Positions 52,660 through 61,517 of a stretch of 64,000 nt of DNA are shown piece after piece (the stretch's first letter is position 1; every line of letters begins with the position of its first letter). The stretch comes from an uncultured Clostridia bacterium (GTDB lineage: Bacteria; Bacillota; Clostridia; Christensenellales; Borkfalkiaceae). Under the pieces are notes generated by a model. That model had not been told where the DNA came from. It worked only from the letters and a program-made list of their open reading frames with translations, and did no database searches. Location of the stretch: assembly GCA_947175325.1 (NCBI GenBank), contig CAMWME010000007.1, forward strand, positions 6,657-70,656. Direction: 5' to 3'. The translations under genes were made by a program, and so were the position numbers.

Positions 52660-54171
52660 ATGAAGAGAAGATTTGGCGCAATTTTAATGTCTGGCGTTAT
52701 GGCATGCTCCGTTATGGCGGGACTTGCTTTTTCGACGGCATGTACCGGTAATCAAAAGCCCGACTTCGTAATGCCAGAGGGCGGTTTTGACACCAACAAA
52801 GAAGTAACGATCACGTTCTATCACTCAATGGGACAAGATAACAAAAAGGTGCTCAACGCAAGTCTTGAAGAGTTTAAAAAGCTCTATCCCAACATTACCG
52901 TTATAGAAGAAGCGCAAGGCGGCTATGACGACGTTCGCGACCAGATTACTAAGGAAATTATGGACGGCAGCCAACCCGACGTAGCGTATTGCTATCCCGA
53001 CCACGTTGCGCTTTTCAACCAGTCCGGCGCAGTACAGTCGCTTAACGATTTCCTTGCCGACGGCACGTATAAAGATTACACGGTCCCTCAAGTGAAGTTG
53101 GACGCAGACGGCAACCAGCTCAAAAACGACGACGGGTCTTACGTAACGGAAGAAGTTTCTCTTAATTTAACTCAAGCACAAAAGGAATCGTACATTGACG
53201 GCTACTACGCCGAAGGTTTTAAGTTTGACGACGAAACCAAGATGTACACGCTTCCTTTCTCAAAGTCAACCGAAGTACTTTATTACAATAAAACCTTATT
53301 CGAAAAGCACAACCTCACCGTTCCCAAAACGTGGCAAGAACTTGGCGCGCTTTGCGAAACGATACACGGAATTGACTCCAAGGTTTTCCCCTTCACGTAC
53401 GACTCTGAGGCAAACTGGTTCATAACCATGTGCGAACAGTACGGCTCGGGTTATACTTCGGCAACCGGCAACAAATTCTTGTTCGACAACAAAACGAACC
53501 AAGAATTCGTTACGACCTTCACCGACTGGTATGAAAAGGGTTACTTCACCACGCAGAGCCTTAACGGCGAAGGCGGCAATCCCAAATATACGTCTGACCA
53601 CTTCACCGCACAGAACAGCTTTATGTGCATAGGTTCTTCCGCGGGCGCCGGTAACCAGTTACCTCCCGTAACCAACGGCGTTCCCCAGTTCCAAGTAGGC
53701 ATCACGTCTATTCCTCAAGTAAATCCCGATGCTCCGAAAGTAATTTCACAAGGACCTTCGGTTTGTATCCTTAAACAAGATGACCCTCAGCGCGTTCTTG
53801 CAAGCTGGTTGCTCGTTAAGTATCTTACCACTGACGTAAACTTCCAAGCAGCTCTTTCCATCACTTCCGGCTACGTTCCCGTATTAAAGGAAGAGGTTAT
53901 GAAGACGAACGTTGCTTATGCTGCACATCTTTCAACGGCTGACGAAAACGCTCCTACGACCAGAGCAAACATAACCGCTCTTTCCGCAAAAGTTTGTATG
54001 GAGCAAGAAAAGGCTTACTTCGTATCGCCCGCATTCGTCGGTTCGTCAACCGCTCGTGACCAAGTAGGTTACTTAATGTTAGCCGCATTTACGAGCAAAA
54101 CTAACAACAAAACTATTGACCAAGCATTCAAAGATGCTATTGCAGAATGTGAATATTTTGACGTAGGTTAA
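52660..54171 (+). CDS. ABC transporter extracellular solute-binding lipoprotein (family 1)
   Basis: Lipobox AFSTA-C. At 503 aa it is larger than typical sugar SBPs (about 420 aa). The ITFYHSMG... pattern is typical of SBP_bac_1. Confidence 0.8.
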   Translation: MKRRFGAILMSGVMACSVMAGLAFSTACTGNQKPDFVMPEGGFDTNKEVTITFYHSMGQDNKKVLNASLEEFKKLYPNITVIEEAQGGYDDVRDQITKEIMDGSQPDVAYCYPDHVALFNQSGAVQSLNDFLADGTYKDYTVPQVKLDADGNQLKNDDGSYVTEEVSLNLTQAQKESYIDGYYAEGFKFDDETKMYTLPFSKSTEVLYYNKTLFEKHNLTVPKTWQELGALCETIHGIDSKVFPFTYDSEANWFITMCEQYGSGYTSATGNKFLFDNKTNQEFVTTFTDWYEKGYFTTQSLNGEGGNPKYTSDHFTAQNSFMCIGSSAGAGNQLPPVTNGVPQFQVGITSIPQVNPDAPKVISQGPSVCILKQDDPQRVLASWLLVKYLTTDVNFQAALSITSGYVPVLKEEVMKTNVAYAAHLSTADENAPTTRANITALSAKVCMEQEKAYFVSPAFVGSSTARDQVGYLMLAAFTSKTNNKTIDQAFKDAIAECEYFDVG

Positions 54172-54174
54172 TTT

Positions 54175-55629
54175 ATGAAGAAATTTTATAAAATTTTTGT
54201 TTCGGCGTTGTGTGCAGCGGTTATGGCGGTTCCCGTCTTGTTCGCTGCTTGCAACATGGATGGCACCGATCCCAACGGCGGCAACGGTGGTAACGGCGGC
54301 ACCAATCAAACCGCCGGTGTTGATTACGTAAGCAATCTTAAGCTTGATTTATCAAGCGAAACCAAGAAGCAAGAAGTAACCGTCCGTCTTTACGTTGACG
54401 GCGACACGACCCACTTCGACCCCATAAGAAACTCTACGGTAACCCCCAATACCGACCTTTCCATCTTTGACGAAGTCGGTTACGTCAAGGCCCGTTATCT
54501 TGCGGTCAACACTCCCGAATCGACTGGTAAAATCGAAAAGTGGGGTAAGACGGCTTCCAACTTCACCCACGACGCACTTGAAAAATGCAAGAACGGCGGC
54601 AGTATCATTATTGAATCTGACGACAGCGCGTGGAATTCGGACTCAACCGGCACGAGATTTTTGCTTTGGATATGGTATAAGCCCGCCGGCGCAACCGATT
54701 ATAGAAACCTCAACGTTGAAATTCTTCAAAACGGCTTTGCGCTCGCTTCAAAAACGTCCAACAACCGTTACGGCAGCGTTGCGAGTGCCGCGCTTGACCA
54801 AGCTAAGGCAAACAAGCTTCACCTTTATTCTCCCGCAAGCACGGTTGACGTAAACTGGCACGACAGTGCGGCAACGGAATTGTCCATAAAAGAACTTCGC
54901 TGCCACGTTGCCGACTACATTCAAATGCCGGTTAGGGTTACTGGTATAGTTGCGGCCGTATTCAGTAATACTGCTTACGTACAAGAATACGACGAAGAAA
55001 CTCAACGCTACTACGGCATTGCGGTGTATATCGGCTATGAAAAGGGCTATATCAATACCGTTCTCAGCTTAGGAAACGAAGTCAACGTCGTCGGCAAAAT
55101 TACCGACTTCCAAGGCACCTATCAGATTTCCGGCGTAGAATACAACTTGTTGAAGCCCAACGCAACGACCAACACGACGATTATAAGCCAGAATAACGAC
55201 ATCGTCTTTTCGGAAGCTTCCGCCGCCGACATAATTAATAAACAGCTTGCTTTGGAGTTTGAAGTTACCGACGAAGACGGTGAAGAAGCTTTGGAAACGG
55301 TCAACATTGCCTACGGTGATGCAGTTACGTCTACTGCGGTTCGCCTTCAGAACTTAACAGTTTACAAGACAACCGCAACCGAGTCCAGCACAAGCAGCAA
55401 TGGCGCACTTTCTATCCGCTGCAATGCAGAGGACGGCACCCAAATCACCATTCGCACCGAAGTTTTATACGATGCAAACGGCAATAAGGTTACTAAGGAT
55501 GCGTTCCCCGCCGGCACGGTTATTAAATCCGTAAAGGGCATTGTTGAAAAATATACTCCCGATAAAGAAAATGCAGACGAATTCTACTTCCAAGTTAAGT
55601 GCTATCTTTTAGACTATATCGAAATATAA
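54175..55629 (+). CDS. Lipoprotein with a staphylococcal-nuclease (SNase/thermonuclease) domain followed by a YhcR-like OB-fold module
   Basis: Lipobox LFAA-C. SNase pattern VDGDTTHF...ARYLAVNTPES...GTRFLLWIW...NGFA. OB pattern VRVTGIV....AYVQE...GIAVYI....GNEVNVVGKITDFQGTYQI. Confidence 0.75.
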   Translation: MKKFYKIFVSALCAAVMAVPVLFAACNMDGTDPNGGNGGNGGTNQTAGVDYVSNLKLDLSSETKKQEVTVRLYVDGDTTHFDPIRNSTVTPNTDLSIFDEVGYVKARYLAVNTPESTGKIEKWGKTASNFTHDALEKCKNGGSIIIESDDSAWNSDSTGTRFLLWIWYKPAGATDYRNLNVEILQNGFALASKTSNNRYGSVASAALDQAKANKLHLYSPASTVDVNWHDSAATELSIKELRCHVADYIQMPVRVTGIVAAVFSNTAYVQEYDEETQRYYGIAVYIGYEKGYINTVLSLGNEVNVVGKITDFQGTYQISGVEYNLLKPNATTNTTIISQNNDIVFSEASAADIINKQLALEFEVTDEDGEEALETVNIAYGDAVTSTAVRLQNLTVYKTTATESSTSSNGALSIRCNAEDGTQITIRTEVLYDANGNKVTKDAFPAGTVIKSVKGIVEKYTPDKENADEFYFQVKCYLLDYIEI

Positions 55630-55702
55630 TCCCCCCAAAATCGGGGCATTAACAATCAACAAAATCAATTAAAAAAAATAAAAAATATAAAAGGAGAACA
55701 AC

Positions 55703-58636
55703 ATGAAAAAAATACTCGGTGCGGTCATTGCAGTCGTAATGGGTGCAACACTTGTAGGCGCGTTAGCGGCTTGTGACACAGACAAAGGTAACGAGGGCGG
55801 CGGTGGCGGCAAAAGTGATGCTGATATAGCAAAACTAGCCATCAATTCAATTCGTACGATTTATAACGGCAAAGCGAAAGAAACGCCCGCAAGTTACGAA
55901 GTTATGGGTCAAACGGTGGTTGAAAAAGTCAACTACGACGTAAACTGGACCGTAGCTCTTGCAGAATCTTGCACAATCGAAAACTTCTCAAACTACGTTT
56001 CCGTCAGCCCCATGGCAGAGGATAAAACCGTTACTATCAACGTTACCAAAGCCGTTGGCGTAAAAATCGACTACACGCTTACCGCAACCGTTAAGGTTGG
56101 CGAAGCGTCCGAGTCTGTAAGCTTCGAAAGATACGTTCCCGAAGGTAAAGACATTGGCGAAAACTATGCAGAAACGTCAATCAGCTTCGTCGGCACGACT
56201 ACCCGTACGGTATTTACTTCCGCACAGCAAGTTTGGACGGCGAACGGCATCACCTTGACGAACGACAAGGGTTCGTCTAATACCAACGTAGATAACGCTT
56301 CCAGTGCTTACCACGTTCGTATTTATAAAGGCTCTTCTGTTAAAATCGAGTGCGACGGAATGACTGAACTCGTATTCTACAGCGAAGCGGACTATACCGA
56401 TAATAGCGGCAAAACTTCTACTTATCCCGCATGGCTTCTTCAAAGCCTTCAAGCTGCAAGCTGGGCGTCGAGTGCAACGATTGAGCAAGGCACTGCAACG
56501 GTAAACGAGAAGACTGTTGACATCGTTACGGTTAAGCTTGCAACCCCCGTTGATTCTCTTGAATTCGCTGCTTCTGCCGGTCAGATAAGGCTTACTTCAC
56601 TTGACGTTGTGTACAATAAAAACGGCGCTTCCGATGCGGACAAGCTTGCAAGTGCAAAAGCTGCGCTTGACCTTACAACTAAAAACTACTCCGCAACGGG
56701 CTCGTACGACCTTCCCGCAACGCAAGGCGTCGCAGCCGTAACTTGGACTGTAACTTCCGACTACGTTGAAATCGACGGCGGCAATCTTAAAATTAAGAGT
56801 ATGCCCCAAGCTACAACCCCGATTACCCTTAACGCAGAACTTTCGTACAACGGTTTAACCGACAATAAGGAAATCACTATTACGCTCGTTCCTCTCAGCC
56901 TTGAACACGCTGGTACCGCAGCAGACCCTTATTCGACCACCGATGCAATTCAAGTTACCAAACTGCTTGAAGTGAACGCTACGGGCGCGGACGAAGTTTA
57001 CGTAACGGGCTACGTTATTTCACCCGGAACCTACAACTCAACTTACCACAACTTTGATAATTTGTACATCGCAAAGACGTATGAAGAGGGCAAGCCCACT
57101 ACCGCTGAAGATGCGTTCTACGTATTCAGACCCACGGAAGACAGCACGTATTTAACTGCTTCCGGCTTAAACGTTGGCGACCTTGTAGTATTCAAAGGTA
57201 AACTTCAGAACTACAAATCCAGCAGCGCTGGTGAAGACGACCCGACCGTTCCCGAGCTTGTTAACGGTACTTGCGTTTCCGTTACTTCCGCAGCAGACCT
57301 CAACAAAGACGATGCTGCTAAAGTAGCCGCTGCAAAAGAGAACGTATCGCTTAATGAAGAATACAATACGGGCGCAACCGTAAATCTTCCCGCAACGCTT
57401 AACGGCGCAAGCTTGTCTTGGACGACGACGTCCGATGCTGTCACTCTTGAGGGTAACACCTTAACCGTAAAGAGTACCGCAGCAAACGGCACGTCCGTTA
57501 CCCTTAACGTAGCTATATCCAGCGGTGACGTACACGATAGCACGACCGTAACTTTCACGGTTAAGGCTGTTAACTACGGCACAATGGATGCTCCTCTTTC
57601 CGTAACCGAAGCTCTCGCATTAGTTTCAACTGCTGACGAGTGGACGGCTCAAGTCGTTTATATGAAAGGTATAGCTGCATCTACGGCTGCAGTATCGTCT
57701 AACGGTCAATATTATCAGACTTTCAGTATTAAAGACGAAAACAACACAAACACTATCAGCGTTTATTCGATTAATCTCCGTAGCGGCGTAGCTGCACCCG
57801 TGCAAAACGATGAAGTTATAGTTTGTGGTTATGTTACTTATTATAAAGGCACTACAAAGCAGTTCAGTAGAAATACCAATCTGGACCCCGTGGTTGAAGT
57901 ATATCTTGAAAGCAACACCCGTGGTACTTCCACAATCACGCTTACCGAGAATGCAGAAGTAGCGGCAACGAGCCTTCCCGCAAATGCGGTAAACGGCACT
58001 ACGGTTACCTTCACGGTTACTCCGATTGACGGCAAGGAAGTCTCTGCTGTTAAAGTTAACAGTAAAGAAATTGAAGCTACTGACGGTAACTATTCGTTTA
58101 CAGTTACGGGTAATACTACCGTAGTTATTGAAACGAAAAATGAAGGCGACCCCGATAAGGAGTACACTTATACTAAGGTTACGGCAGATAACGCTTCCGA
58201 CCTTATTAAAGACGGCGCCGTAATTATTATTTCCGCTACAACCGGCAGCGGTAGCAGTGCTAAGAATTTTGCTATGGGCTCACAAAACGGTAATTATCGC
58301 AATAAAGTAGATAACTTTGATGCAACTAACGTTGCAGATGCAGTTGTAACCGTTACCTTGAAAGCAGTAGAAGGCGAGGAAAACACTTACTATCTTGTAA
58401 CTAACGAGGCTGGTGGCGGATATTTGACAGCTGTTTCTGGTCAGAATCAAGTTAAGACAGAGCAAACCGCTACTAATTATAGCAAGTGGACCATATCAGT
58501 TACTAGTACTGGCACCACAATTGTTAGTGAGGGAAGGTATTTAACCTATAATGCTTCCAGCCCTCGTTTTGCAGCTTATGGCAATCAAAACCAAACTGCT
58601 CCCACACTTTACGTTCAAGTCGAAGTAACTGAATAA
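55703..58636 (+). CDS. 977-aa surface lipoprotein with repeated Ig-like and YhcR-like OB modules; function unknown
   Basis: Lipobox ALAA-C. Two LPAT..G....W.......(I/L).G..L.(I/V)KS repeats, each followed by an OB-like V.V.G(Y/I)....(F/Y).I.D....I.VY....V..GD.V...G.(L/V)..YK module. Confidence 0.6.
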   Translation: MKKILGAVIAVVMGATLVGALAACDTDKGNEGGGGGKSDADIAKLAINSIRTIYNGKAKETPASYEVMGQTVVEKVNYDVNWTVALAESCTIENFSNYVSVSPMAEDKTVTINVTKAVGVKIDYTLTATVKVGEASESVSFERYVPEGKDIGENYAETSISFVGTTTRTVFTSAQQVWTANGITLTNDKGSSNTNVDNASSAYHVRIYKGSSVKIECDGMTELVFYSEADYTDNSGKTSTYPAWLLQSLQAASWASSATIEQGTATVNEKTVDIVTVKLATPVDSLEFAASAGQIRLTSLDVVYNKNGASDADKLASAKAALDLTTKNYSATGSYDLPATQGVAAVTWTVTSDYVEIDGGNLKIKSMPQATTPITLNAELSYNGLTDNKEITITLVPLSLEHAGTAADPYSTTDAIQVTKLLEVNATGADEVYVTGYVISPGTYNSTYHNFDNLYIAKTYEEGKPTTAEDAFYVFRPTEDSTYLTASGLNVGDLVVFKGKLQNYKSSSAGEDDPTVPELVNGTCVSVTSAADLNKDDAAKVAAAKENVSLNEEYNTGATVNLPATLNGASLSWTTTSDAVTLEGNTLTVKSTAANGTSVTLNVAISSGDVHDSTTVTFTVKAVNYGTMDAPLSVTEALALVSTADEWTAQVVYMKGIAASTAAVSSNGQYYQTFSIKDENNTNTISVYSINLRSGVAAPVQNDEVIVCGYVTYYKGTTKQFSRNTNLDPVVEVYLESNTRGTSTITLTENAEVAATSLPANAVNGTTVTFTVTPIDGKEVSAVKVNSKEIEATDGNYSFTVTGNTTVVIETKNEGDPDKEYTYTKVTADNASDLIKDGAVIIISATTGSGSSAKNFAMGSQNGNYRNKVDNFDATNVADAVVTVTLKAVEGEENTYYLVTNEAGGGYLTAVSGQNQVKTEQTATNYSKWTISVTSTGTTIVSEGRYLTYNASSPRFAAYGNQNQTAPTLYVQVEVTE

Positions 58637-58659
58637 TTAAATTAACGTAAAACAAAAAC

Positions 58660-58690
58660 AACCTTCCCGAAAGGGAAGGCTGTTTTTTTA
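58660..58690. terminator. Bidirectional terminator between the lipoprotein gene and surE
   Basis: CCTTCCC-GAAA-GGGAAGG followed by CTGTTTTTTT. Confidence 0.75.
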
Positions 58691-58732
58691 TTTAACCGTC
58701 ATTGCGAGGAACGAAGCAATCCAGCTCCAACT

Positions 58733-59455
58733 TTATCCAACGTTTTTCTTAATAGCGTCCAACGCATACCAGTTAGTCAATTCAACGCTAATGGGGGAAA
58801 TAGTAATATACCCGCTCATAGTTGCGTCCGTATCAATTTCAAGGTTGTGCGTGCCCTTATAAAGGCTTATAAGCTGTGGCATAACCGTGTCGTTTTCAAG
58901 GAATGCAAAATCGTCGCTGTAAATCGCCTCGCCCGTTTTCGTTATAAGTATCTCGTCGCCCTTTTCGGGTATATTCACGTTGAGTATATCGGTATAGTCC
59001 AACATTCTTCGGCTCTGAATTTCGTTCCATATTCTGTCCAAATTCTTAACCGCGTTGTCAAAGGAAGTAAAGCAAGCCGAAATAGCTATTGCCTTAATTC
59101 CGCACTTAGCCGCCTCAAAGCACGCGCCAACCGTTCCGGAGTATCTTATATCCCCGCCAAGGTTGTGCCCGCAGTTTATCCCCGAAAGCACAAGGTCAAA
59201 CTTCTTTTTAAATCCAAGCGTCGCAATTCTCACGCAGTCGGCGGGGGTGGAGTCCACGCTGTAAGCCTCAACGCCGTCAAACGGGTCAACTTTTTTAACC
59301 TCGTATCCGCCGTGTATTTCAATGCTGTGGCTCTTGCCGCTCTGCTGTACCTTGGGTGCAAACACGCTGACCTCGCCAATGTGTTTCGCCCAGTCTACTA
59401 AATATTTTATTCCTTCGGCGTTTATGCCGTCGTCGTTAACGATTAAAATTTTCAC
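58733..59455 (-). CDS. surE: 5'/3'-nucleotidase SurE
   Basis: MKILIVNDDGINAEGI N-terminus, and the SGINCGHN and YSGTVGA motifs. Confidence 0.9.
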   Translation of the reverse strand: MKILIVNDDGINAEGIKYLVDWAKHIGEVSVFAPKVQQSGKSHSIEIHGGYEVKKVDPFDGVEAYSVDSTPADCVRIATLGFKKKFDLVLSGINCGHNLGGDIRYSGTVGACFEAAKCGIKAIAISACFTSFDNAVKNLDRIWNEIQSRRMLDYTDILNVNIPEKGDEILITKTGEAIYSDDFAFLENDTVMPQLISLYKGTHNLEIDTDATMSGYITISPISVELTNWYALDAIKKNVG

Positions 59456-60444
59456 AGTCTTTCACCGTATTTTTCTTTAAATTCGCCAAGTAGCTTATCT
59501 GCGTCCTCGATAAGCGCTTGCATTTCTTCCGCGGAATACACCGTCGCCCCCGCAGAGGTGAAGTGCCCGCCGCCGTGATACTTGTTTGCAAGCTCCACGA
59601 TTCCCAAAAAGCGGGAGCGGAGCCTTACGCGTATATTGTTTTTTTCCTTGTTGTCTATAAACGCAATCCATATAAGGCTGCCGCGTATCGTTTTTAAATC
59701 GCTCACGACTTCGCTTGCCGCCTCTAAGGTCAAATTAAACTTTTTCTGTACATCCTCGTCCATATAAACGTAGGCAACGCCGTGCGGGGTAATCTTGATA
59801 TGGTCGTACACGTATGATTTCAGCCTTAAAGCCTCGAACTCGTCCGTGTACAAGTGTGCATACAGCGTTTGAGTATCAATATTCAAATCGAGCAGTGCCC
59901 CCGCAAGCCGCATCGTCTCGCCCGTAACGCCTTCGTAGCGGAACCTTCCGCTGTCCGTTACCATACCGCAGTAAATGCAAGTTGCCGCCTCTGTAGTAAT
60001 TTTCAGCTTGTCTTTAAAGCTTTCGTAAAAGTCGGCTATCATTTCGCAAGCAGAGGAGCGGAAGTCCTCAACCCAGCTTATATCGCCGTAAGGCTTGTCG
60101 TCTATGTGGTGGTCAATCTTTATTATTTCTTTCGCCTTCGTGTAGTTGCCGTTTGAAATGCGGTCCGCCGTGCCCGTATCTATAACCACGAGTAGCGCGC
60201 CGTCGTAAACCTCGTCAACCTTGTCGGCTGGGATAGTATCTTCACCGCCCAAAAATTTCATATGGTCGGCGTAATCCTCGTTGATAACCCAAACCTTCTT
60301 TTCGGGGTAAGTCGCACGCAGTATTCCCGCAAAGCCCTTAGTCGAGCCAACCGCATCGCCGTCGGGGCGAATATGGCGGGATACGATTATTTTATCGTAA
60401 CTCTCTATTTTATTTAGAATTTGTCGTTTTATTTCTTCGTTCAT
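59452..60444 (-). CDS. DHH/DHHA1 phosphoesterase, NrnA-like (nanoRNase / pAp phosphatase)
   Basis: HIRPDGDAVGS, VIDTGT, IDHHID, and the DHHA1 motif GGGH. Confidence 0.85.
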   Translation of the reverse strand: MNEEIKRQILNKIESYDKIIVSRHIRPDGDAVGSTKGFAGILRATYPEKKVWVINEDYADHMKFLGGEDTIPADKVDEVYDGALLVVIDTGTADRISNGNYTKAKEIIKIDHHIDDKPYGDISWVEDFRSSACEMIADFYESFKDKLKITTEAATCIYCGMVTDSGRFRYEGVTGETMRLAGALLDLNIDTQTLYAHLYTDEFEALRLKSYVYDHIKITPHGVAYVYMDEDVQKKFNLTLEAASEVVSDLKTIRGSLIWIAFIDNKEKNNIRVRLRSRFLGIVELANKYHGGGHFTSAGATVYSAEEMQALIEDADKLLGEFKEKYGERL

Positions 60445-60445
60445 A

Positions 60446-61381
60446 TTATTTCTCCGCAGCCAGCTCGTTCAAATCTGCAAGAAGCTTCATTGCGGTAGCC
60501 TTGTCGGGCACGGTGCAGCCGCTCGCCTTCTTGTGCCCGCCGCCGCCGTATTTAACGGCAATGGGGTTAATGTTGTATTTGTTGCTGCGGATTTCCGTAT
60601 GCACGCCGTCGTGGCTTTCGGTAAAGTTCACCCAAGCGTGTACGCCCTTAATATCGCGCATAAGTCCGACTAGCCCCGTTGAAACGATGGGGGCGGCGTC
60701 GCCGTTTGCGGGCAAATCTTCCTTCGCGGTGTAAATGTACGCAACGTTGTTTTCCGTAAATTTAATCTTATGCATATTGTCCGCCTTCTCGATAATTTCG
60801 GAAAAATCTTCGGCGTACAAATTGTAGTAAAGCGTATTCAAGTCAATGGGCTGCGACATAAGGAAAGCCGCAAGCTCGAATGTGCGTGCGGAGGTGGAGT
60901 CGAAAACGAATCTTCCGCTGTCCGTTACCATACCCGTATAAAGTGCAGTCGCGGATACGGGGCTTAGTTTCAGCTTGCATTCCTTTGCTAACATAGCAAC
61001 CATTCCGCAAGCGCTCTCGTACGTGCTGTCAACTATATCCACGTCGGCAATTTCCTCACAGTAAATGTGGTGGTCGATACGTAAGGTTTTAGCGGCGGTC
61101 TTGTACCTATCGTCGCAGATAAGGCGGGAAGACCCGCAGTCCAAGATTATCGCAAGCGCGTCCTTGTAGTACTCGTCGGGTATCTCGTCCATAACGCCGT
61201 TCATAAAGGGGAGGCGCGTTGCCTCGTCGCCTACGACGTAAACTTCTTTGCCCTTAAAATTGTCTTTAATTATAGCCGCAAGCCCAAGCTGGCTGCCAAG
61301 CGCGTCGCCGTCGGGGTAAGAATGGCGGTGAATTATAATTTTTTGGTACTTTTTAATCAATTTTAGTGCATTTTTGAACAT
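60446..61381 (-). CDS. Second DHH/DHHA1 phosphoesterase, NrnA-like paralog
   Basis: HSYPDGDALGS, ILDCGS, IDHHIY, GGGGH. The start is set at ATG 61381 (GGAG 8 nt upstream). The track start at 61435 adds 18 aa. Confidence 0.85.
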   Translation of the reverse strand: MFKNALKLIKKYQKIIIHRHSYPDGDALGSQLGLAAIIKDNFKGKEVYVVGDEATRLPFMNGVMDEIPDEYYKDALAIILDCGSSRLICDDRYKTAAKTLRIDHHIYCEEIADVDIVDSTYESACGMVAMLAKECKLKLSPVSATALYTGMVTDSGRFVFDSTSARTFELAAFLMSQPIDLNTLYYNLYAEDFSEIIEKADNMHKIKFTENNVAYIYTAKEDLPANGDAAPIVSTGLVGLMRDIKGVHAWVNFTESHDGVHTEIRSNKYNINPIAVKYGGGGHKKASGCTVPDKATAMKLLADLNELAAEK

Positions 61382-61480
61382 TTTCAAATCTCCGTTTTGT
61401 GCATATTTATATCCGTTTTGTGCATTTCGTATCATAATATTATATCATAAACCCGCCCGCTTGTCAATAGCGGTTTTGTC

Positions 61481-61509
61481 TTGACAATTACTGGCAAATA
61501 TATTAAAAT
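61481..61509 (+). promoter_or_regulatory. SigA promoter
   Basis: TTGACA, 17-nt spacer, TAAAAT. Confidence 0.55.
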
Positions 61510-61517
61510 AAAGCTGT

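Noticed and set aside
58701-58720. ATTGCGAGGAACGAAGCAAT, reminiscent of a short repeat family seen in other bacterial genomes.
   Set aside because: It is a single copy in this window. It is a small hairpin beside the bidirectional terminator, and there is no evidence that it is a repeat element here.
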